From contig JBMFIG010000001.1 in the NCBI GenBank assembly GCA_049976425.1, positions 160,001 through 224,000 of the forward strand: a DNA stretch of 64,000 nucleotides, read 5' to 3'. Below, piece after piece: positions 8,684-18,322 of this stretch (the first letter of the stretch is position 1; each line of letters begins with the position of its first letter). This stretch comes from Thermoproteus sp. Lineage in GTDB: Archaea > Thermoproteota > Thermoprotei > Thermoproteales > Thermoproteaceae. The position numbers and the translations under genes were made by a program. The notes under the pieces are model-generated. The model had not been told where the DNA came from. It did no database searches and worked only from the letters and a program-made list of their open reading frames with translations.

Positions 8684-8983
8684 ATGGCTAAGCGGCGGCA
8701 ACAAAGCGAAAAAAGGGGAGGTAGCCTCCTCGATTTCCTAGGAGGCGGCGAATCTGCCGAGAGGCGTGAGGCGCCGGCCCAGCCAGAAGGCGTCGACAAC
8801 GACGTGTACAGCTATATAGCCAGCAGAGGGATAGTGCCTAAGGAGGAGCTGTTCGAGTGGGGGAAGGCCAGGGGATACACGACGGCAGATATCATGAGGG
8901 CCGTGGATAGGCTGACTAGATCGGGGAAGATAAGGCGCCGTCTAGACGACGAGGGGAGGCTCGTCTATTCTACGTCCCAATAG
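8684..8983 (+). CDS. Small winged-helix protein with N-terminal PIP-box-like motif
   Basis: Low-complexity N-terminus containing SLLDFL; C-terminal wH-like segment IMRAVDRLTRSGKIRRRLDDEGRLVY. Confidence 0.6.
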   Translation: MAKRRQQSEKRGGSLLDFLGGGESAERREAPAQPEGVDNDVYSYIASRGIVPKEELFEWGKARGYTTADIMRAVDRLTRSGKIRRRLDDEGRLVYSTSQ

Positions 8984-9015
8984 AAAACTATATATTTAGA
9001 TATTGAGGCTCTGTC

Positions 9016-9324
9016 GTGGAAGTCTGCGAGATACTGGGGAGATACCTTGCTAAGCTGGTGGAGGGGGCCAAGGGCAACGTAGTCAGCTTCACCGTGGGTG
9101 ACGTCTCGCGGTGGTCCGAGGAGAAGTTCAGAACCACGCGGTCCGTCACCTTGAGGGCCGCAGCTATATGCGAGGCGTTGCTGGCTCAAGGGCTTCTGGA
9201 GAAGATCGGCAAGAAGTATATCTTACGGCGCGGCTCGCCGTTGTGGGAAGCCGCCGCTAGGAACGACATCGAGAGCATATGCGATATAGTTAGACGTACT
9301 ATTATTGTGGCCGAAAGAACTTAA
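9016..9324 (+). CDS. Small putative DNA-binding (winged-helix-like) protein
   Basis: 102 aa; ICEALLAQGLLEKIGKKYIL helix-wing pattern; own TATA-like element upstream. Confidence 0.55.
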   Translation: MEVCEILGRYLAKLVEGAKGNVVSFTVGDVSRWSEEKFRTTRSVTLRAAAICEALLAQGLLEKIGKKYILRRGSPLWEAAARNDIESICDIVRRTIIVAERT

Positions 9325-9347
9325 TTAATCCCTCCTTTTAGTACCAC

Positions 9348-9578
9348 GTGAGGCAACACGTAGGCATACTGCTGACGGCAATCGCGGTACTAATACTTTT
9401 AGTTTTGCATACATTAATATATAATATTATTGCACTTATAGTCTATATTATTGGTATTATAATTATATTAATACCGCAAAAAGAGCGACGTGTTGAGGAG
9501 AGGCCTTTAGCCGTTCCTCAGCCTAGGCCCACGCCTGAGGAGCTCAAGAAAAGGCCTACACAACCTCCCGAGCTGTAA
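9348..9578 (+). CDS. Small membrane protein (2 TM plus Pro-rich charged tail)
   Basis: Long hydrophobic N-terminal half, tail PQPRPTPEELKKRPTQPPEL; TAATG coupling to the next gene. Confidence 0.65.
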   Translation: MRQHVGILLTAIAVLILLVLHTLIYNIIALIVYIIGIIIILIPQKERRVEERPLAVPQPRPTPEELKKRPTQPPEL

Positions 9579-10342
9579 TGAAGACGCTGGCGTTTATATC
9601 AGGCCTTAAAGGCGGCACCGGCAAGACTACCCTCGCGGTCAACACAGCCGTCGTGCTCGCGTATGCGCTGAGGAACAAGGCGAAGTATCCTGTGTTGTTG
9701 ATAGACGCGACGCCGGGGATCGGCACGGCCGCGATGCTGTTGGCCGGCTCGTATAGCCTACAGAATCTGATTAGCCTCTCGGAATATTTCGAGGGGCGGA
9801 TATCGAACCCCCTCCAAGCGTTCTATTTGAGGAGGTGGCAGGTCCAACAAGGCGAGTTTAACGTCGTTTTTTCATTCTTCAACAAGCCCGTCGCGGTCTC
9901 TAGGAGGTTGCTTGAGGCGTTGGTGAAACAGGTAGGGGATATGCTCGGCCCGCTGGTAGCCATATTCGACTCGCCGCCCGCCGGCTACGATTGGAGCATC
10001 GCCGGCCTTCTAGACTTTGTGGTTCCCGTGGTTACTCCGGACATGTCCTCTATAATCTCGACGGCCGGGATCTCGAAGATCGTTGGCGGGAGGATGTTGA
10101 GGCCGATCATAAATATGTATGTAAAAGAGCACGACGTGGCCGGCGTGTACGGGCGGAATTGGCCGGATATCGTGAGGGAGATGTTCGGAGAGGAGCCGCA
10201 TATAATACCTTCAGATCCCCTCTTCGAGGCCTCCAGACAAGCGTTGGAGATAGAGTCGCTCAAGTTAAGGCCCGAGGAGTCGCAGGGCCTGACGGCTCTG
10301 CTGTCCTATATCCGCTACCTCGTCTCGCAACTCTCTATCTGA
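9578..10342 (+). CDS. MinD/ParA-family ATPase
   Basis: Deviant Walker A KGGTGKTT, VLLID, FDSPP, IINM. Confidence 0.85.
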   Translation: MKTLAFISGLKGGTGKTTLAVNTAVVLAYALRNKAKYPVLLIDATPGIGTAAMLLAGSYSLQNLISLSEYFEGRISNPLQAFYLRRWQVQQGEFNVVFSFFNKPVAVSRRLLEALVKQVGDMLGPLVAIFDSPPAGYDWSIAGLLDFVVPVVTPDMSSIISTAGISKIVGGRMLRPIINMYVKEHDVAGVYGRNWPDIVREMFGEEPHIIPSDPLFEASRQALEIESLKLRPEESQGLTALLSYIRYLVSQLSI

Positions 10343-11067
10343 TGTGTAATCACGCCGATCATTTTGAGGTCGCGGACTATATAGGCGCGGCACGGCACTG
10401 CCTCGTGGTACTCTCTCTTTACGTAGCGGCCCTCTCTATCCACCAGGATCGACCCGTAGTCTGCCATTAACGCACCTACAAAGTCCTCGTAGAAGTCGTC
10501 GCCTACGTGGACATACACGTCGGGTATTATGTCGCCCACAAGCACCGTCAGCGCCATCTCGAATATGCGCGGGCTCGGCTTGACCGACCCCACATCGTCG
10601 GCATATATCTGGACGTCTAACAGCCCCGCTATGTCGAGCTTGGAGAGGAGCTCTCTGGTGGCTCTGGACCTCCAGAGAAGGATGTTGGATATGACGCCTA
10701 CCTTATATCCATCGTCCCTCACAGCCCTCAGCGCCTCCACCGCATCCTGGAACGGCTTCACGTCAAGGCTACTGACAGCCTCGTCTATCTCGTTCTGGAC
10801 CTCGTAAACGTCGAAGTCCGCGGCGATGCCGCGCTCCTTCAACTTCCTCTTGATCCTGTAGAGGTTGTAGGTGGGAGGGATAAACTCCTGTCTCTCCCTA
10901 CGGGCGAGCTTCAAAGCACGCCGCTCATCCTGCACGAAGGAGTAGATCGAGCTCCACTGGACCCTGCCGCCCAACGCCTTTGTCAACACGTCGGCGACAA
11001 CCTTTATAGCAGGCTCTACGGGCAGTATCGTGCCCCATACGTCGAAGGTAATAGCCTTGACGCTCAT
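10315..11067 (-). CDS. HAD-superfamily hydrolase
   Basis: FDVWGT, ISN, KPSPRIF and HVGDD motifs. Confidence 0.85.
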   Translation of the reverse strand: MSVKAITFDVWGTILPVEPAIKVVADVLTKALGGRVQWSSIYSFVQDERRALKLARRERQEFIPPTYNLYRIKRKLKERGIAADFDVYEVQNEIDEAVSSLDVKPFQDAVEALRAVRDDGYKVGVISNILLWRSRATRELLSKLDIAGLLDVQIYADDVGSVKPSPRIFEMALTVLVGDIIPDVYVHVGDDFYEDFVGALMADYGSILVDREGRYVKREYHEAVPCRAYIVRDLKMIGVITHQIESCETR

Positions 11068-13513
11068 ATCAGTACTCTCCCTACTCACTATTAATATTTA
11101 CGCAGAGCTCCAGCTCCCTTTGCCCACAGAGCCGCAACCCAACTTTACCATAACGCCGGCCTTGGTTAACATGAACACTTATACAAATCTTACAATAATA
11201 TTTAAAAATCAAATAAATATAAATAATACTAAAATTAATATATCTAATGCATTAATAATTTTTGAAAAAGTATATAAAAATATAGTAAATATAGGAATCT
11301 ATCCAACCGGAGACAATGTGGTTGTATCAATAAATGGTACTGAAAAAATATTAGATGTAGCAAATATTTGTAATATAAATTATATTAACTCATATAATTA
11401 TAGTCAATCTATATTTATAAATGTTTCATCAACTTGTTCTAATCTCAACGAGTACATTAACGGTATGCGTGTCCCAATAAATTCGGTTTATCGCCCTCCT
11501 TATTCGGGTATCTACTATGTTATATTAACAAATGGATCCTATTATGTTAATATAACATATATTGTATCTCCAAAAATCTCGACAAATATAACATATTACG
11601 GGCAGTGGCTTAACATATCCCTAAATCCGCCGCTCTACGGATCCGCCGTGGCGTCCATAGGCGGCTTCAACATCTCAACTACGTCTATGATATCGATACC
11701 GCCGTTTGCTCTGGCCGCTGGTAATTATACACTTACCTTAAGCCAAAACGGAGTACTGCTGTTAAACACAACAATAGAGATCCTTAAAGCGATACCTAAA
11801 ATAACTATAAAAATAAATAATACTGTTATATATGGAATTACTACTAAATATAGTATAAATTCATATATATTTAATAATTATTATAGATGTAATGTTAGTA
11901 TATTCATTAACGGATCCCTCGTAGCGTCTGGCACGACCCCGATGTCTCTAGATCTGCCTCTTCTGGACGTGGGCACGTACAACTTGACCGTCATAGCTCA
12001 TGCCAGCGCCAATACGACCCAGTCAAGTGCTGTTAGGCTGTTCAGAGTATTGCCGGCACCCGTAAACCTCAGAGTGTATGTGAACGGCTCGCCGCTAGGT
12101 CAAGTAGTGCTGGCCTCATACGGCCAGATCCTTCTCTTCAACGCCACGGCAAGCTCCACGTTGCAACCTACTGGCAGAATCGTCATATTGGTTGATGGAA
12201 AAAGCTTCGGTGCTGTCGTCGACACGTTGATGCTGGGGGCCGGTCTACATAACGTCACGGTGGCTTTCTTGCCGTCTAGCGCCAACTTCAGAGAGGCTAA
12301 GGCGAGCGCAACGATAGCAGTGGCGAAATCAATGCCGGAGCTCGTGGTTCCGAAACGCATATCGGCGACATACGGCGAGATGCCCAACGTCACGTTGGGC
12401 CTATACGTCTACGGTAGACCTATCTCGGGTCTTCTAAACGTCACGGTGGGCAACTACACGAGGCTCGTGCGCGTCTTCGGCAATACGACTTTACGACTTC
12501 CTCTGTTGCCTGCAGGTTCGTATGTCGTATATGTTTCATTCCCGGGCAATGAGGATCTATACCCGACAAGTGCATCGTTTTTGTTGCTAATAAAGAGCGC
12601 AACCGTCGTCTTGTCCATAGAGGCGCCTCAAAGGGCTGTCTACGGCGCGTCTGTGCCGATATCGGTGTCGGCGGCCCCGCAGGTGCCTGGGCAGATCTCT
12701 ATCTACGTAAACGGCACGTTGATCTACAGCGGCCCGAGCCCCCGCGTACAGACCACGTGGCGCCCGCCTAGGAGCGGCGTCTTTAACGTAACGGCTTATT
12801 TCCAGAGCGCCTCCAAGAACTACTCCAATACGGCATCCGCGATAATAATATATGTAGAGAAAGCGAAATGTACTATAAATATATTAATAAATTCATCCAC
12901 CTTATATGTTTTAAGAAAATATGAAATCTTAATAAATTCATCGGTGATACCGGAGATATATCTAGATGGGGAGTATCTAGGTACCGCGCAAGTCCTGCCT
13001 CTATCTTTCAACTCCACTGGCGTACACACGATATTTGCCATATTCAAGGGCGATGTTCGGTACTCCCAGTGCAACTCCTCGTTGACAGTCGACGTAATGA
13101 AGAACCCAGCATATGTAGCGATCGAGATACCGCGGAAGCTCGCTGTCCCTAACTCTCCTATAGATATATACATACATATTCTCACTAAATCATATATAAT
13201 TAATGGTATAATTTATATATATATCACTAGTATAAATAAAGGAAATAACTATACTTTAACTAAATACGTAAACAGCTCGCAGGAGGTGCTCAAGGTATCT
13301 TTGCCGGCTCCCGGCTCATACGAGGTCGAGGTGTACTACAGCGGCAATCCCTATGTTGCTGGAAACTACTCCAACGTCGTCGCGGTGACCGTCGTGGAGA
13401 GCCTCTTCGGCGTTCCCCTAATGATGGTTCTGGGATATGGCGTAGCCGCGGTATCGGCCTACGTTGCTGTGTTGGCGATAAAGTTAAAGAGGAGGAAATA
13501 CGGCACTTCATGA
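11030..13513 (+). CDS. Large surface glycoprotein with Ig-like repeats
   Basis: N-terminal signal-like segment, repeated beta-rich units (GxYxxxxxFxGxxxY), many N-x-S/T sequons, C-terminal TM plus basic tail. Confidence 0.75.
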   Translation: MPHTSKVIALTLISVLSLLTINIYAELQLPLPTEPQPNFTITPALVNMNTYTNLTIIFKNQININNTKINISNALIIFEKVYKNIVNIGIYPTGDNVVVSINGTEKILDVANICNINYINSYNYSQSIFINVSSTCSNLNEYINGMRVPINSVYRPPYSGIYYVILTNGSYYVNITYIVSPKISTNITYYGQWLNISLNPPLYGSAVASIGGFNISTTSMISIPPFALAAGNYTLTLSQNGVLLLNTTIEILKAIPKITIKINNTVIYGITTKYSINSYIFNNYYRCNVSIFINGSLVASGTTPMSLDLPLLDVGTYNLTVIAHASANTTQSSAVRLFRVLPAPVNLRVYVNGSPLGQVVLASYGQILLFNATASSTLQPTGRIVILVDGKSFGAVVDTLMLGAGLHNVTVAFLPSSANFREAKASATIAVAKSMPELVVPKRISATYGEMPNVTLGLYVYGRPISGLLNVTVGNYTRLVRVFGNTTLRLPLLPAGSYVVYVSFPGNEDLYPTSASFLLLIKSATVVLSIEAPQRAVYGASVPISVSAAPQVPGQISIYVNGTLIYSGPSPRVQTTWRPPRSGVFNVTAYFQSASKNYSNTASAIIIYVEKAKCTINILINSSTLYVLRKYEILINSSVIPEIYLDGEYLGTAQVLPLSFNSTGVHTIFAIFKGDVRYSQCNSSLTVDVMKNPAYVAIEIPRKLAVPNSPIDIYIHILTKSYIINGIIYIYITSINKGNNYTLTKYVNSSQEVLKVSLPAPGSYEVEVYYSGNPYVAGNYSNVVAVTVVESLFGVPLMMVLGYGVAAVSAYVAVLAIKLKRRKYGTS

Positions 13514-13902
13514 TATCGGCTCCGCCAGCCGTGTTGATTCTGCCTCTGCCTAACAGGGACCAGGTAATTTCCACGGTCTCTATGGTTGTGTCGCGGCTGA
13601 GGAAGATGGGAGTCGCCGTGGAGCTTAGGAAGGCGGACGGCCCGGTGTTTATAGAATGTAAGGTGTCGGCGGATGGGCTGTTGCAGAGGCTCGATATATA
13701 CCTCGCCGCCAGCGGCGAGGACTTCGCCACGGTGACGCCTGTGCAGGAGCGGATAGTGGGGAATTTCATCGAGAGGACGGCCTACGCCCATATCGCTCAA
13801 GGCGTGGCGGTGCAGATAAACTACGAGGTTAAGGACAGCGTGTCGTTGAAGAACGTGGTCGTATATGCGATAGGATCGGCGTATAAGGACTTAAAGCTCT
13901 GA
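13510..13902 (+). CDS. Hypothetical protein
   Basis: 130 aa ORF coupled by ATGA overlap to the surface protein gene. Confidence 0.65.
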   Translation: MISAPPAVLILPLPNRDQVISTVSMVVSRLRKMGVAVELRKADGPVFIECKVSADGLLQRLDIYLAASGEDFATVTPVQERIVGNFIERTAYAHIAQGVAVQINYEVKDSVSLKNVVVYAIGSAYKDLKL

Positions 13903-13941
13903 ACGCGCATAACACTTATATATATTTCGGAAACCCCTTAT

Positions 13942-14268
13942 GTGAGCCTTATCAGCATAGACGACTTTAAGAAGATAGAGCTGAAGGTCGGCAAGGTTCT
14001 TGAGGCGCAGAGGATTGAAGGCTCGAGGAAGCTCATAAGGCTTGTGGTGGATCTGGGATCCGAGAAGAGGCAGATAGTGGCAGGCCTGGCCGAGCACTAT
14101 GCGCCGGAGGCGTTGGTGGGGAAGTACGTAGTCGTCGTGGCGAACCTCCAGCCGAGGAAGTTGATGGGCTACGAGAGCCAGGGCATGTTGCTGGCTACCT
14201 GCGACAAGCCAACCCTGCTTACCTTACTGGAGCCATCAGATGAACATATAGGGGAACATGTCTGTTGA
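13942..14268 (+). CDS. tRNA-binding OB-fold protein (Trbp111 / free-standing MetRS C-terminal domain)
   Basis: IDDFKKIELKVGKV, RQIVAG and NLQPRKLMGYESQGMLL motifs. Confidence 0.9.
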   Translation: MSLISIDDFKKIELKVGKVLEAQRIEGSRKLIRLVVDLGSEKRQIVAGLAEHYAPEALVGKYVVVVANLQPRKLMGYESQGMLLATCDKPTLLTLLEPSDEHIGEHVC

Positions 14269-14962
14269 GTTGCCCAGACATATAGCGGTGATACCTGACG
14301 GGAATAGGAGATACGCCAGGAAGTACGGCCTGTCGCTCGTAGAGGCATATAGACACGGCGTCGAGAAGGTCCGCAAATTCGCGACGTGGGTCCTCGAGTA
14401 TAGGGATATACGACACATGACGTTCTTTGCGCTATCCACGGAGAACCTGCAGAGGAGCAAGGCGGAGCTGGAGGTCTTGTTCAAGATCTTCAAGAACGAG
14501 ATCAGGAGAACCCAGGAGGATCCCATAATACACGAGAACAAGGTCAGGGTGCGGTTCATCGGCGACCGTTCGTTGTTGCCCCAAGACCTCGTCAAGGAGA
14601 TGGAGAGGCTGGAGGACGTCACGTCGTCCTACGGCGACTACGACTTAACGCTGGCGTTAGGCTACGGCGGGAGGGCCGAGATAGTTAGATGCGTCAAGAG
14701 GATAGTGGGCGGGGAGGTGAGGCTTGAGACCATCGACGAGAATTCCCTGTTCCGATGTCTCGATACCTCATATCTCAAATACCCCGAGCCCGACGTGTTG
14801 ATAAGGACAGGCGGCGAGAAGCGCCTGAGCAACTTCCTGCTGTACCAGACGGCGTACAGCGAGCTGTTTTTCCTCGACAAGTACTGGCCCGAGATCGAGA
14901 GGGAGGATCTCCGGGTGGTCTTGGAGGAATACGCGACGCGGCAGAGGAGGTTCGGCAGATAG
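14258..14962 (+). CDS. uppS: cis-prenyltransferase (polyprenyl diphosphate synthase)
   Basis: HIAVIPDGNRR, STEN and IRTGGEKRLSNFL motifs. Confidence 0.93.
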   Translation: MSVELPRHIAVIPDGNRRYARKYGLSLVEAYRHGVEKVRKFATWVLEYRDIRHMTFFALSTENLQRSKAELEVLFKIFKNEIRRTQEDPIIHENKVRVRFIGDRSLLPQDLVKEMERLEDVTSSYGDYDLTLALGYGGRAEIVRCVKRIVGGEVRLETIDENSLFRCLDTSYLKYPEPDVLIRTGGEKRLSNFLLYQTAYSELFFLDKYWPEIEREDLRVVLEEYATRQRRFGR

Positions 14963-15031
14963 CCGGCATCCCGGCAGGTCGGCCGTGGGCTATACCTCTT
15001 AAAGCCTTAATAAAGCCGAGATAGTCGAGCT

Positions 15032-16738
15032 ATGGCTAAATTCGTCATCGGCAGCGCTTGGCCCTACGTCCAGTCGGTGCCGCACCTCGGCAACATGATA
15101 GGGTCGGTGCTGTCCGCCGACGTGTATGCGCGCTACCTCAGACTGCGGGGCCACGAGGTGGTCTTCGTCTCGGGCTCCGACATGCACGGCACGCCGATAG
15201 AGGTCGAGGCGATACAGCTGGGGGTGGATCCGCAGGACTACGCCATGAGGATGCACGGGATAGTTGCCGAGCTGTTTAGGCGGTGGGACATCTCCTTCGA
15301 CCTATACACGCATACCCACAGCGACACCCATATAGAGTTTACAAAGGAGTTCTTTAAGAAGATCTATGAAAACGGATATGTATTTACACAGGAGGACGAG
15401 TTGCCCTACTGCCCCAACGACAAGATATTCCTGCCGGATAGGTTCGTTATAGGGAAATGCCCCTACTGCGGATACGAGAGGGCTAGGGGGGATCAGTGCG
15501 AGAGGTGCGGGAGGCTTCTGGAGCCCCGCCTCCTCATAGAACCCAGATGTGCGGTCTGCGGCGCCAAGCCGGAGTGGCGCAGGACCAAACACTGGTATCT
15601 GGATCTGAAGAAGCTGGAGGACGCCGTGAGGAGGTATGTCGAGGGGAACGCGGAGTTGCCCCAGAACGCGCGGGAGATGGCCCTGGGCATACTTAGAGAG
15701 GGGCTGAGGCCGAGGGCAATAACGAGGGACAACAAGTGGGGGATCCCCGCCCCGTTTCCCGGCGCCGAGGGCAAGACTATCTATGTGTGGTTCGAGGCGG
15801 TCTTGGGCTACATCTCGGCGGTCAAGGAGTACTTCGAGAAGAGGGGCGAGCCGGATAGGTGGAAGGAGTTCTGGCTGGATCCGTCCACTAAGGCGGTGTT
15901 CTTCGTGGGCAAGGACAACATACCCTTCCACGTCATAATACTGCCCGCGCTCATAATAGCGAACGGCGGGGGCTACACAACGAGGCTCACGACGTCGTCG
16001 ACGGAATATCTGAACTACGAAGGCGATAAATTCTCCAAGAGCCGTAGATGGGGCGTATGGATAGACGAGGCGCTCAAGCTCATGCCGGTGGACTACTGGC
16101 GCTTCGTCTTGGTCTATATGAGGCCCGAGAATAGGGACGTCGACTTCACGTGGCAGACCGCCGTGGAGGTGGTGAACAAGGTTCTGAACGACGACGTGGG
16201 CAACTTCGCGCACAGAGTCCTCTCGTTCATAAAGACCAGGTTCGGCGGAGTTCTGCCGGGGCCCGGCCCCTCGACGCCTCCCGACGCCGAGTTCGTCGAG
16301 GCTGTGTCAAAATACGTCAAGTCGGCTGAGGCCCACTACGATAGGATAGAGCTCAAGGAGGCCTTGATGGACGCCGTCGAGATAGCCAGAGAGGGCAACA
16401 AGTACCTCAACCTGCGCGCGCCGTGGCAGTTGGTCAAGGAGAGGCCCGAGGAGGCGGGGACGGTCATGTACAACTCGTACAAGGCCTTGATGGCGCTGGC
16501 AGCTCTGCTATACCCGGTGATACCCTTGTCGGCCGAGAAGCTCTGGTCTATGATGGGCCTCCAGCCGCCTGTGAGGTGGCCAGACGCCGATCCCATGCCG
16601 GGCATCAAGCTGGGCGAGGTCGAGCCGTTGTTTAAGAAGATAGACAAGAATGAGCTGGACGCGATGCTGGCCGAGCTGAAGCGGCTGAGGGAAGAGCGCT
16701 GGAGCAGGAAATACCCCTGGGATCAAGTGGTCCTATAG
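15032..16738 (+). CDS. metG: Methionine-tRNA ligase
   Basis: PHLGN (HIGH), zinc knuckles, YVWFEA, KFSKS (KMSKS). Confidence 0.96.
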   Translation: MAKFVIGSAWPYVQSVPHLGNMIGSVLSADVYARYLRLRGHEVVFVSGSDMHGTPIEVEAIQLGVDPQDYAMRMHGIVAELFRRWDISFDLYTHTHSDTHIEFTKEFFKKIYENGYVFTQEDELPYCPNDKIFLPDRFVIGKCPYCGYERARGDQCERCGRLLEPRLLIEPRCAVCGAKPEWRRTKHWYLDLKKLEDAVRRYVEGNAELPQNAREMALGILREGLRPRAITRDNKWGIPAPFPGAEGKTIYVWFEAVLGYISAVKEYFEKRGEPDRWKEFWLDPSTKAVFFVGKDNIPFHVIILPALIIANGGGYTTRLTTSSTEYLNYEGDKFSKSRRWGVWIDEALKLMPVDYWRFVLVYMRPENRDVDFTWQTAVEVVNKVLNDDVGNFAHRVLSFIKTRFGGVLPGPGPSTPPDAEFVEAVSKYVKSAEAHYDRIELKEALMDAVEIAREGNKYLNLRAPWQLVKERPEEAGTVMYNSYKALMALAALLYPVIPLSAEKLWSMMGLQPPVRWPDADPMPGIKLGEVEPLFKKIDKNELDAMLAELKRLREERWSRKYPWDQVVL

Positions 16739-17973
16739 ACGCCTTTGGCCCAGAGGTACACCGGCTCGGCACGCTCGATCTCGACCTCCAGGAACGAGCC
16801 CAGAGGCCCTTCGCCGCGGCCCACCACGACCTGTCTATAGTCAGGCGCCCTCCCCACCACAAGCCCGTGGTCGACCTCGTCGACTAAGACCTTCAGCCGT
16901 CTGCCGACCAGTCTGGAGTTCCTCGCGTGCGCTATCTTCAACGCGAGCTCCGAGGCGATCTTGCTACGCTCCTTCTTCACCGCGTCCGGTATCTGCCCCG
17001 GCATCACCGAGGCCTCTGTGAACGGCCTCCTGCTGTAGCGCGCCACGTGCACCTTGTCGAACTCCAGCTCCTCCATGAGCCTCAAGGTAGCCCTAAAGTC
17101 CTCCTCTGTCTCCCCAGGGAACCCCACTATCACGTCTGTGGCTATGAACACGTCGTCGTTGAGCTCTCTCTTGATCTTAAGAATAAGGCCTCGGTACTCG
17201 TCGGCGGTGTACCTCCTCCCCATCTTGCGCAACACCTCGTCGCTACCCGACTGGACCGGCAGATGGAAATACCTATAGACCCTCTCGTCTCTCTTGACTA
17301 TGTCCAAAATAGCGTCGGCAAACTTCCCGAACACCCACGGCTCCGACATGCCTATCCTTATCCTATAGTCCCCCTCGACCTCGGACAAGATCCTCTCCAG
17401 GAGATCGGGGAGGTTCCAGCCCCTCCGCCATCTGGCGTCGAAGCCGTAGGTTATGACGTCCTGCCCCGTCAAGTAGATCTCCTTGGCGCCCTTGGCGACG
17501 GCCTTCTTCACGTACTCCACGACTAGATCAGGCGGGGCGCTCCTCACGTAGCCGGCACCGCCTCTAGTGTACTTGGTTATGCAGAAAGTGCAGTTGCCGA
17601 GGCACCCCACCTGTAGGGGTACTGTGTAGATTAAGCCTTCGTCGGGCTCCGGCAGGACCGACATGCTCCGCCCCTCGCCGCCTTCTACCTGCTCCGGGTA
17701 CAACAACTCGGCGTTCTTGGCGACCTGCCGTATGGTGTAGGGCCGCGCCTTGGCAAGACATCCGGCAACCACAAGCCTCTTGGACTCAGAGGCGAGCTGG
17801 CCCAGCCTCCTCAACTGCCTCACCTCGCCGTCCTCCCTAACCGCGCACGTGTAGACCAAGACGAGGTCGGCATCGCGCGGGCTCTCGGCTACGGCGCCGC
17901 CCAGCCTCTGCAGTAGTATTTGGGCATCCGCCTTGGCCAGCCAACAGCCGTAGGTCTCGACGTAGATCCGCAC
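16723..17973 (-). CDS. tRNA methylthiotransferase, radical SAM (archaeal MtaB/MiaB-like)
   Basis: ETYGC N-terminal domain, [21 protein letters not shown]-terminal TRAM-like region. Confidence 0.9.
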   Translation of the reverse strand: MRIYVETYGCWLAKADAQILLQRLGGAVAESPRDADLVLVYTCAVREDGEVRQLRRLGQLASESKRLVVAGCLAKARPYTIRQVAKNAELLYPEQVEGGEGRSMSVLPEPDEGLIYTVPLQVGCLGNCTFCITKYTRGGAGYVRSAPPDLVVEYVKKAVAKGAKEIYLTGQDVITYGFDARWRRGWNLPDLLERILSEVEGDYRIRIGMSEPWVFGKFADAILDIVKRDERVYRYFHLPVQSGSDEVLRKMGRRYTADEYRGLILKIKRELNDDVFIATDVIVGFPGETEEDFRATLRLMEELEFDKVHVARYSRRPFTEASVMPGQIPDAVKKERSKIASELALKIAHARNSRLVGRRLKVLVDEVDHGLVVGRAPDYRQVVVGRGEGPLGSFLEVEIERAEPVYLWAKGVYRTT

Positions 17974-17991
17974 GCGGTCTATAGGAACTGG

Positions 17992-18291
17992 CTATTTATG
18001 TCGATCGCAAGGCTCGTACTTAACAAACCTGTAATATAGGGTATCGCGCTCGAAATCCCTAACCTCGTCCAGCACCAGCAGACAGCCGCACGGCGGCTCG
18101 ATATATATACGCCGTACCTTACTGCGGGCGTCCTCCTTAACGACCTTCGTGGTGACGCCGCCCGAATCGATAGTGAAGACTGTAAGCGAGCCCTTGGAGG
18201 CCACGCGCCCCCATTGGGAAAGCCTCGCCACTATCTCCTCGCTTATAGGCGCCTCGAACACGAACGTCTTAGTCTTAACTACACGTTGCAT
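17992..18291 (-). CDS. Hypothetical protein
   Basis: 99 aa from MQRVVKTK, with a TATA-like element upstream. Confidence 0.6.
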   Translation of the reverse strand: MQRVVKTKTFVFEAPISEEIVARLSQWGRVASKGSLTVFTIDSGGVTTKVVKEDARSKVRRIYIEPPCGCLLVLDEVRDFERDTLYYRFVKYEPCDRHK

Positions 18292-18322
18292 AGCATGACT
18301 ACGGTATACAATTAAATTTTTC

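Noticed and set aside
11030-13513. Diversity-generating retroelement target or prophage gene
   Set aside because: No reverse transcriptase, template/variable repeat pair or viral genes in the window.
15302-16213. 303-aa antisense ORF within metG, and similar long antisense ORFs at 40162-41115, 49028-49939 and 26936-27754
   Set aside because: Typical shadow frames of GC-rich codon usage, with no motifs.
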